DNA of 64,000 nt from a phage, in sequence record PX393109.1; one strand, written 5' to 3'. Positions 27,224 to 34,950 of the stretch are shown piece by piece. A model generated the notes under the pieces. That model worked only from the letters and a program-made list of their open reading frames with translations, ran no database searches and had not been told where the DNA came from. The translations under genes and the position numbers were made by a program. Numbering within the stretch: the stretch's first letter is position 1; each line of letters starts with the position of its first letter.

Positions 27224-28141
27224 TTAGAAAATTAGAGCATTTATGAAAGCTGCATTTTCTACTTCGTTTATGCGAGTAGTTAGAGCATTCTCTACACTAT
27301 CTAACTGGGCAACAGTAGCATAGCGATACAGAGCACCAGTCTTAACAGGAACCCATTTACCATCACCAATACCGTCCGCTTCAGGAGTACTGTTAGCATT
27401 TACGGTCTTCGGAAAATCGCCATCCCAGCGATACAGAACACCATCATGCATAACTATGCAGTGGTTCTGACGTAGAGTAAAGCCAGTACTGAAGTCGCCT
27501 CCAGTAAAGTACTTATACTCTTCTAATTCGACGGCGTAAGCAGATAAGTCTACTCCACCATTGCTATGTACGAACCATCCGCCAGCTGTTAAGCTAACGA
27601 TAGTTGATCCCTCTGGAATACCCATCGGCAAACGATAGGCTTCCTGGGAGGCTAAGTCATACAATACACGAAAGCCGTCGAGAGGACGACCTACTTTCAT
27701 GAACTGGACTTCTTCGGTCTTAACTCGGAATGCCCGAGCAACCATGTCCACTTGACGTTGGTTTACCGGAATCACCTCAGTCCATAACCCATCAGGATTA
27801 CTTTCTGGGTCGAAAATCCCACCGGTATCTTCTGGAGATGAGTTCTCGGCGACCGATTTGGGGAAGGAGCCTAGCCAGTAATACCACTTGCCAGACACCT
27901 CGTCATACACACCATCCCCAGAGTCCTGGAGATCAAACCCTATCCCGAAAGTACCTACTGGGTTAATCCCATAGATATCCAGGAATGAATTCAATGCCAG
28001 ACTACGGAGATATGTAGTTCTGTCGGTAAGATTCTTAATGGGTACGTTATCAATACCGTCATCACCACCCGACACTTTGTCAGTACGTTCGAAGGTATAG
28101 ATGTCCTCTACGTACTGATTTTTACCCTGATAAGTACCCAT
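27224..28141 (-). CDS. tail fibre/baseplate-attached protein (paralogue of 28154-28921)
   Basis: shared N-terminal GGDDGIDNVPIKNLTDRTTYLRSLAL; internal duplicated WxGxFPK modules. Confidence 0.55.
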   Translation of the reverse strand: MGTYQGKNQYVEDIYTFERTDKVSGGDDGIDNVPIKNLTDRTTYLRSLALNSFLDIYGINPVGTFGIGFDLQDSGDGVYDEVSGKWYYWLGSFPKSVAENSSPEDTGGIFDPESNPDGLWTEVIPVNQRQVDMVARAFRVKTEEVQFMKVGRPLDGFRVLYDLASQEAYRLPMGIPEGSTIVSLTAGGWFVHSNGGVDLSAYAVELEEYKYFTGGDFSTGFTLRQNHCIVMHDGVLYRWDGDFPKTVNANSTPEADGIGDGKWVPVKTGALYRYATVAQLDSVENALTTRINEVENAAFINALIF

Positions 28142-28153
28142 TTCGATATCCTA

Positions 28154-28921
28154 TTATATAGTGTAAGAGAACGTGTATCTCAGAGACAGCTCGTCTGTAC
28201 TACCCTGATTAATCTCAAGAACAGCCACACTACTGTCCACATCGGCATAAATCTGACCAGCTACTATACCAACGCCAACTCCTGAGAGGCTTGAGTCATC
28301 TGAGAAGGTAGCGTTAATAGGTAAGCCAATTCCTATTTTCATTACTTCTCCGGCATCGGTAGCAGAAGCAGTGATCTTGCCGTTAACAGTAACCACATTC
28401 CCTAGTCGGGTATATATGGCTTCTGCTATGTCTAGATTGGAGACATTCTCAATCTTAACGAAGGCTGGATTGTACTTACCGCTATACAGATTACCAGGAG
28501 CAGCTGCTGTAGGGATCTTAACCCCAGCACCCAGGTCTAGAACACTGAGATCAATAGCCACCCACTTACCGCTAGGATTGGTGATCGGATCATAGATACC
28601 ACCAGTAGTTTCTGGCTTAGAAGACTTAACCACTACTTTAGGTAGAGATCCTGTCCACTTAAACCACTTACCGGAGATCTCGTCGAAGACCGCATACCCA
28701 GCCACGTTAATCTGGAATCCTTGTTTGAACGAGCCGAGAGGATTAAGATTGAACAGCTTAAGGAATGTAAAGTCAGCAAGAGCCTTAAGATAAAACGTAC
28801 GATCCGACAGCTGGGTAAGAGGTACGTTATCAATGCCGTCCGGGCCACCTTTAACCACATCACTTTCTTCAAATTGGTACACCTGAGCATGAAAGTTAAA
28901 TGCCCCAGTATAATTGCTCAT
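28154..28921 (-). CDS. tail fibre/baseplate-attached protein (paralogue of 27224-28141)
   Basis: GGPDGIDNVPLTQLSDRTFYLKALA and KWFKWTGSLPK modules. Confidence 0.55.
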   Translation of the reverse strand: MSNYTGAFNFHAQVYQFEESDVVKGGPDGIDNVPLTQLSDRTFYLKALADFTFLKLFNLNPLGSFKQGFQINVAGYAVFDEISGKWFKWTGSLPKVVVKSSKPETTGGIYDPITNPSGKWVAIDLSVLDLGAGVKIPTAAAPGNLYSGKYNPAFVKIENVSNLDIAEAIYTRLGNVVTVNGKITASATDAGEVMKIGIGLPINATFSDDSSLSGVGVGIVAGQIYADVDSSVAVLEINQGSTDELSLRYTFSYTI

Positions 28922-28929
28922 CTAATCAC

Positions 28930-30423
28930 CTATAGATTGGCATCGCGATAGTAAGTATCATCGTGACTAATAACGTCGTTGTACAGAGGTTCGAATCCGT
29001 AACGAGTTACTTTCTCACCGCGATTATAAGTTCCGTCATGGAGAATAGTCCCATCCCGTTTCTCTAAGAGTCTTTCGGTCTTATGAGTGGTTAGGAACAT
29101 AGCTTCTCGGTAGCTAGACCAATGAGTATACCAATCGTATACTTTGATCTTTTTAATGAACTCCTGGTGAAGATAACGAGTACCATCCAGCAGGTAAGAC
29201 CCATTAATGAAGTCCATACCTTCGAAGTGTAGCCAGTCTATTTCTGGCAATCCGTAATAAGCCGTCCCGCTACGCTGAGTTTGGCCATCACGATGAGGCT
29301 GAATTACATACAGGCTATCGTATTCGAAGCTCTGATAGTTAGTTAAATCGTAACCCTCAGCGTAATTACCACCTTCATATCCGTAGTTTACTTGCTCTAC
29401 TCCCTTGGATAAGTGGTCTATCTTCCTATCCATATAATTCTCGAACCCAAACTCTGATAGGTCGATATCCAAGAACAGGAAGATCTCACGCAGCATAGAG
29501 GACTTAAACTCCAACCCAGCTACCAAGTCTGATAAGTCCAGTAAGGACTCAATCTCAGTAGTTCTGGAATCGGCGCTTAAATCTACATTAAACTTAGCCA
29601 ATGAGCTATAGAGTCTGCTGTGAGCAGTGTCGGTATTCTGGAGATCTAAGTATGTACCCATATCCAGAATAAGACCATTATCTAGCTTGATAGTTCTCCT
29701 ATCGAATACAGTCAGATAAGAGTTCATCAGACGATCTGAGAAGCGATCAATCAACACTTCAAGAGGTACTTCCATCTCCGACATAATATCGAGACAGAAT
29801 CGCAGCCATAGAGTATCCGAAATATCTGGGACTCGTATACCTACTGAACCATCCAGGATTGATGTGTCTAGCAACCAACTGGTGTCCAAGGAGGCGCTTC
29901 CGAGAGATTCAACGCCATCTGGAAGACAGTTAGCGATACCGGTAAGTCTTACGCATATCGGAAATACCTTACGCGACAGACGATCAATTAGCTTAATCTG
30001 CCGAGTAGACAAGATCACGTTCTTAGGAAGCAGGATGGTTGCCAGTGAGCAGCCTTCCGGAGTCTTCTGATACAAGATCTCTTCTATCTCTACATTTATC
30101 AGCTTAAAGATAAGATCAACCCCATCCTTCATACCCTTGTTATCAAGGATACTTGGGAGGAGTACAGATACTGAGTTTTGGTCTACCTCTGTAGTTATGA
30201 GATCTGCTAAGTCTGGTTGACCCAGTAGCTCCAGGATGTAAATCGGATCATAAGACGGTTTACTAGGATCATAAATCGCCGTATTTTTATCCATCTCTGG
30301 AAAGACAACAGTCTCTAGACCATGATCCAGCACCTGCGAGAAGAACTTATATAACTCGTTCCCTCTAAGGTTAGGAGAGAAGTAATCTAGAGTGTTGAAC
30401 TTAGCCATACTCATACCCCGCAT
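28930..30423 (-). CDS. baseplate protein (gpI/Mu gp48-like position)
   Basis: 497-aa ORF directly downstream of the J-like gene; gene order only. Confidence 0.45.
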   Translation of the reverse strand: MRGMSMAKFNTLDYFSPNLRGNELYKFFSQVLDHGLETVVFPEMDKNTAIYDPSKPSYDPIYILELLGQPDLADLITTEVDQNSVSVLLPSILDNKGMKDGVDLIFKLINVEIEEILYQKTPEGCSLATILLPKNVILSTRQIKLIDRLSRKVFPICVRLTGIANCLPDGVESLGSASLDTSWLLDTSILDGSVGIRVPDISDTLWLRFCLDIMSEMEVPLEVLIDRFSDRLMNSYLTVFDRRTIKLDNGLILDMGTYLDLQNTDTAHSRLYSSLAKFNVDLSADSRTTEIESLLDLSDLVAGLEFKSSMLREIFLFLDIDLSEFGFENYMDRKIDHLSKGVEQVNYGYEGGNYAEGYDLTNYQSFEYDSLYVIQPHRDGQTQRSGTAYYGLPEIDWLHFEGMDFINGSYLLDGTRYLHQEFIKKIKVYDWYTHWSSYREAMFLTTHKTERLLEKRDGTILHDGTYNRGEKVTRYGFEPLYNDVISHDDTYYRDANL

Positions 30424-31774
30424 TCTTATCTGTGCCTCCGGAATCTACCAGAGTCCGATCTTCCGTATAACTGATCTCCAGTTTGCGGAGCTTATAGTAC
30501 TCATTGTACTTAGCCTGTCGGTCAAGAATAGGCTGCTTAATGTAGATACGTCTAACTCGAAGAGACTCTGGCAGAGTCATATCGTTAACCGTAAAGAATG
30601 CACCGTTAGTCATGCACTTTTTATTGATGGTTTCACGAATCTTCTTGGTAATGGCATCCGTATCAGCTCCGGAGTCAATAACCACTCGCATCTTAACATC
30701 GACCATGATCCTTATAGGGTCTATAACATTTATGTTAGAACCCAGCATGGCGTACTGCAGCATATACTTCTCGAAATCTGCCTTCATAGCATCATTCATG
30801 GTTAATTCGTCGGCTCGTAGGTACGAGACGTTAACCGAGCAGCAAGAAGTAGTCGGAAGAGCAGCGTTAGCACTTATCACACCCTGATAAGAAGCACCTA
30901 TCGAAGCGTAATCGTCCAGAGTAACCAGACGTCTCTTGGCTGAATAATAACCAGGAGCAACAGCAACGATCTTCTCAGGACTATCAGGGTCTGACCCAGG
31001 GTATTTAACTTCAGATGAGTAACTCGTATTTTCAACGTATAACTGAATCTTGGTAGGATCCAGAGTTAACCCATCTAGTTTATCAGCTGGAGCAACGTAC
31101 TCTATCTTAAGTACCTGGTTAACAGCAGCCTTCCTGCCCAGTGACCCGTTCCCGAAGATAATGAATATTCCCGAGAAGTAAGAACGAATTAGGACATTGT
31201 CCGAATCCATATCTTCCGCAGCTGTGGTGTAGGAGATCTTCTCTCCATCGATATACAGGTTAACCAGATTATTATCAGGCTGAATAGGTACGTTGATACC
31301 TTTAAAATCCTTAGCATCGGTGATGGTTATCTCTTGAGAGACCCAATCACCGATAGCAACTACAATAGTATTCACGCCAACTTCTATTTGGGTAGAGTTG
31401 GTGAGAACCATGGAACGACCCATGTAGTTACCGATGGGATCTTCCTTATCCCAGTAAACTTGCTCCGTAGATGTGAACGTAATCTGGAGAAGAGGAGCAG
31501 ACTTACGATTATATACATAACCTAAGGCTGAACCAATCGACACGATGGTCGAAGTCATGTTGCCGAAATCCAGTAATGAATCTCGGCGGTTCATGTAGGC
31601 AGCATAGGCCAGGAATGCTGTAATACCAGCACCGGTATTAAGTACCGTTTCGCCAGCACCAGCCTCGTAGAAGTCCTTCCACTTAGTCTCATAATCTGGA
31701 AGAGACTTAATATAGTTCTCTAAATCCGTTCTGATCTGGTCGAAGGATAGAGAGGAATCTTGAATTATGTTCAT
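30401..31774 (-). CDS. baseplate wedge protein (gpJ-like)
   Basis: 457-aa ORF following the W/gp25-like gene; gene order. Confidence 0.5.
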   Translation of the reverse strand: MNIIQDSSLSFDQIRTDLENYIKSLPDYETKWKDFYEAGAGETVLNTGAGITAFLAYAAYMNRRDSLLDFGNMTSTIVSIGSALGYVYNRKSAPLLQITFTSTEQVYWDKEDPIGNYMGRSMVLTNSTQIEVGVNTIVVAIGDWVSQEITITDAKDFKGINVPIQPDNNLVNLYIDGEKISYTTAAEDMDSDNVLIRSYFSGIFIIFGNGSLGRKAAVNQVLKIEYVAPADKLDGLTLDPTKIQLYVENTSYSSEVKYPGSDPDSPEKIVAVAPGYYSAKRRLVTLDDYASIGASYQGVISANAALPTTSCCSVNVSYLRADELTMNDAMKADFEKYMLQYAMLGSNINVIDPIRIMVDVKMRVVIDSGADTDAITKKIRETINKKCMTNGAFFTVNDMTLPESLRVRRIYIKQPILDRQAKYNEYYKLRKLEISYTEDRTLVDSGGTDKNAGYEYG

Positions 31775-32142
31775 CGTTTCAGACCCACCTCGTAGTTAAA
31801 TTCTTGACCATCGATTCCTTTAACAGAGAACCATAAGTCTACCCAGAATATGTGATTATCCGGATCAGGAGTAACCTTAGTTTTACCTCGGTCTAATAGG
31901 GCTCTTGGCTCCCATCTCGTAACAGCGTCGACCACCTCTGCATAAACTTGCAGGCCAGTGATATCGTCGCATGGTTCCATGATGATATCTTCGAGATTAG
32001 AACCAAACTCCATATTAAACATTCTGGTACCTTTGCGAGTCTTCAGTACATTAACTATGGCCTGAAATACTGCATCACCATCCTTAAGAGAGTTACGCTT
32101 AAGGGTCTGGTCTATATCTCGATAAATTGGCTGAACCATCAT
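31771..32142 (-). CDS. baseplate wedge protein, gpW/gp25-like
   Basis: ORF track 31771..32274; likely start at MMVQPIY; size and FNMEFGSNLEDII region; follows spike gene. Confidence 0.55.
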   Translation of the reverse strand: MMVQPIYRDIDQTLKRNSLKDGDAVFQAIVNVLKTRKGTRMFNMEFGSNLEDIIMEPCDDITGLQVYAEVVDAVTRWEPRALLDRGKTKVTPDPDNHIFWVDLWFSVKGIDGQEFNYEVGLKR

Positions 32143-32146
32143 GAAC

Positions 32147-32806
32147 CTACTGTTTAGAGTTAGGCGGAGATGTACTACCACCACTATCGCCAACATGATC
32201 GTGACCGTTGTAGATAGCGCGATCTTCCGACATCTTGCGAACCTTGTCCTTGATCTCTCCTGTTCCATCGACAAGAGGAGTATCCAGTTTGATATGCTCT
32301 TTGGCGATTATCTCCAGAGCTTTAGCGATATCGACCTTACCTCCTCCTGGGGTGGTAAGAGTAAAATTAGCTTCTTGGTCAATATCGAACTGAAATCCAG
32401 AACAGTGCTTAAAATGAACTTCCTTAGACACTTTATCTATATAGAATACAGTGCCGGTAGAATCCTTAAATCCATACCTGTTGGGATAATTCTCTTTAAA
32501 CTCTTCCGGTACTTCCTTAGAGTGCCATCTACCAGTGTAGAATGGGAAATGCTGATCTCCTGTGGGGAACGAGACAGATACCTCAGTACCTACTTCTGGT
32601 ATTTCAACACGGTCAGATTCCCCATCCCCCAGGAATGCAGATGCAATAGGAATGGCCCATGGGATACCATCACCATCGAGTACCCCAGGAACCCTAACCT
32701 TTACTCTGCATTTTTGGGCAGGGTCGTTATTATCAACGACTACCCCCTTATGGATGGCCTTCAGAGGATCCTGACCATTGCGCATGAGGTCTATAATATT
32801 TATCAT
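32147..32806 (-). CDS. baseplate central spike (gpV-like)
   Basis: GVVVDNNDPAQKCRVKVRVPGVLDG...GTEVSVSF: OB-fold spike N-terminus. Confidence 0.6.
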   Translation of the reverse strand: MINIIDLMRNGQDPLKAIHKGVVVDNNDPAQKCRVKVRVPGVLDGDGIPWAIPIASAFLGDGESDRVEIPEVGTEVSVSFPTGDQHFPFYTGRWHSKEVPEEFKENYPNRYGFKDSTGTVFYIDKVSKEVHFKHCSGFQFDIDQEANFTLTTPGGGKVDIAKALEIIAKEHIKLDTPLVDGTGEIKDKVRKMSEDRAIYNGHDHVGDSGGSTSPPNSKQ

Positions 32807-32808
32807 AC

Positions 32809-33933
32809 TTAAACCTCTCTGGAATTATTCATCCCATCTCTGCACAACGTAAGGACGGTACATAAGTCTTTATTAGTGAAGATCCTACACACCTTCTGGG
32901 TTAGCCAAAGACCGGACGAATCCATATTGGCTTCCTTACGACGAGCATCAGAGTCTTCTTTAAGTAACACAGAATCGAGAACTCGGATATTGAAATAATA
33001 CCCAGTAATCTCGACCTTGGCTTTCATCATGGATAATCGGAGGAGGTTTCGGATGTTGTAATCGAAGGACGAATGGTAGGAAGAATGTACATTCTCATTA
33101 AGGATGGATACTCCTCCCAGACGCCGTCCCGTATCCGAGACTTCCTGATTACTCGATACTGATAGGATAGGGGATCCCTGAGGAGTGGAGTAGAACGACT
33201 GATTGTCGCTCTGATTGTGAACAATCCTGGATTTGGCATAGCCACCAAGAGCATTTACTGCTCCTGAATCGCTATAGATGTTAGGTGGCTTATCGTAATA
33301 AATAGCACCAGCATCTTTGGTCTCTAGGGAAGTTAACTTCCAGTTAGGATTATTCCTGTCCACTGCTGTAGAGATAGACCGGACCCTAAACAAACCATCA
33401 GTAGTAATACCTACCAATGGAGTATCGGAGTTTAAATTACTGTGAAGCCATAACTGGTTAACGAAATCTCGATCGTTAATGTTATTCTGCAGCCAGTTCA
33501 TCTTGTTATCAGATGCTGGGCAGTTGAAGTCTGCCTTAAAATACTTAGAGACTATAGACTTCATCACCTCTATTGAGGTACCAGTATGACTTGCTGCCTG
33601 GGAATCTATTCTGTACGGAACAGCTCCGAAGACTCCCAGTACTCTGAGGATTTGAGACCCTACTCCGAAATTAGTTTTCTGACGTTTTAGGATGGCTAAC
33701 TTAACGTTAATCATGCTAGCTTCGTTACGACCGAAACTGGCATAAATGAAATTACCTTCCTTGAGTACTGAGACTATTTGCTCATCTCGGCACTCGAAAA
33801 CTAGCTCATAAGTAGGCATAACGTTACCAGCCTCTTCGATGATCTTAAACTGGATAAGATCTCTAGGGCCGATGAAGTCTTTAAAGTCGCCAATCTTAAA
33901 CATGGCAACATATTGACCTTTTACACCTATCAT
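32809..33933 (-). CDS. baseplate hub/tail protein (gpD-like position)
   Basis: 374-aa ORF between tape-measure-proximal genes and the spike; gene order. Confidence 0.4.
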   Translation of the reverse strand: MIGVKGQYVAMFKIGDFKDFIGPRDLIQFKIIEEAGNVMPTYELVFECRDEQIVSVLKEGNFIYASFGRNEASMINVKLAILKRQKTNFGVGSQILRVLGVFGAVPYRIDSQAASHTGTSIEVMKSIVSKYFKADFNCPASDNKMNWLQNNINDRDFVNQLWLHSNLNSDTPLVGITTDGLFRVRSISTAVDRNNPNWKLTSLETKDAGAIYYDKPPNIYSDSGAVNALGGYAKSRIVHNQSDNQSFYSTPQGSPILSVSSNQEVSDTGRRLGGVSILNENVHSSYHSSFDYNIRNLLRLSMMKAKVEITGYYFNIRVLDSVLLKEDSDARRKEANMDSSGLWLTQKVCRIFTNKDLCTVLTLCRDGMNNSREV

Positions 33934-34307
33934 GATAAGCTCTCCACTTTAGCAGTAGCGGAGACAGATGACACATCTGGAGTCAGCGAGAAGTAAATAT
34001 CTTCCAGATCGTCAATCAGTGGATATCTCAGAACTAAGTTCATGGTTAAGTCCCATGGGAACCGCAACTCATTCACCATCATAAGAATCCACCAGTACTG
34101 AGTCAATCCAGCACCATAGATTCGTTCTGAGAGTAGGTCGGGTCTACCCACTTCTGAGATCACTGTATATGTACCATACCGAGAAAGATTCTTCAGTTTG
34201 TACATAAATTCAGAATCAACAGAGTCCAAGATAGACCCATTCTCATTAGACATGAATTTAGAGATATCATACCTCTGAGCCAATTTGTCTGAGTCTATCT
34301 TGAACAT
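33930..34307 (-). CDS. hypothetical tail/baseplate protein
   Basis: 125-aa ORF, translationally coupled. Confidence 0.4.
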   Translation of the reverse strand: MFKIDSDKLAQRYDISKFMSNENGSILDSVDSEFMYKLKNLSRYGTYTVISEVGRPDLLSERIYGAGLTQYWWILMMVNELRFPWDLTMNLVLRYPLIDDLEDIYFSLTPDVSSVSATAKVESLS

Positions 34308-34314
34308 AAGTCAC

Positions 34315-34950
34315 CTATTTAATAAACCAGGATCTTACATGATCCTCATCCGGCAGATATGCTGGGGTGAAGGACAGTTGCACCTTAGCCCATAACGGCT
34401 GACCAGTAGAGCGAGCTATTTCCTTGCTGTACTGAGTCGACACGTTCACAAGTATAAGGCTAGTTGCCCTGAACCACTGGCCGATCTGCAGAGTCCATGT
34501 ACCTGTTATAGCGGTATCCGGATTGAAATTACCAGTCGCCTTGGTTACAGAGTACCCATTAGGAGCTCCGAACATAAGTCCGTTCTTGGTAGTGTATGTT
34601 ACCCCAGCCAGGAACTCTTTAACTATGTCCAAAGGTCTGATGGATGGATTGTATGAGATAATTGTCAGAGGCACTGGAAATACTGGTTTGGTACTTCCTC
34701 GCCACTGAGCGATAGTTTCACGAATATTTCGTATAACCATCTGATCCATACCCACGGTATTAGCTACCGCGTTAGCACCTCGCGTTAAGGTACCAGCCAT
34801 CAAGTTTTCACCAGATTCAAACAGAGACGAAATATCGAATCCGAAATCCGTCTCTATAAGACCTACAGTACGGGACTTGTTACCAGGATGGACTAAGACA
34901 ATTCTAGCATCTGGATTCGCGTATAGCTTCTCGATGTCTAATACTGCCAT
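34315..34950 (-). CDS. tail protein downstream of tape measure
   Basis: 211-aa ORF, start coupled to tape-measure stop. Confidence 0.4.
   Translation of the reverse strand: MAVLDIEKLYANPDARIVLVHPGNKSRTVGLIETDFGFDISSLFESGENLMAGTLTRGANAVANTVGMDQMVIRNIRETIAQWRGSTKPVFPVPLTIISYNPSIRPLDIVKEFLAGVTYTTKNGLMFGAPNGYSVTKATGNFNPDTAITGTWTLQIGQWFRATSLILVNVSTQYSKEIARSTGQPLWAKVQLSFTPAYLPDEDHVRSWFIK

Noticed and set aside
32141-32812. 223-aa + strand ORF antisense to the baseplate spike gene
   Set aside because: Shadow ORF; the - strand frame carries the gpV-like OB-fold motif.
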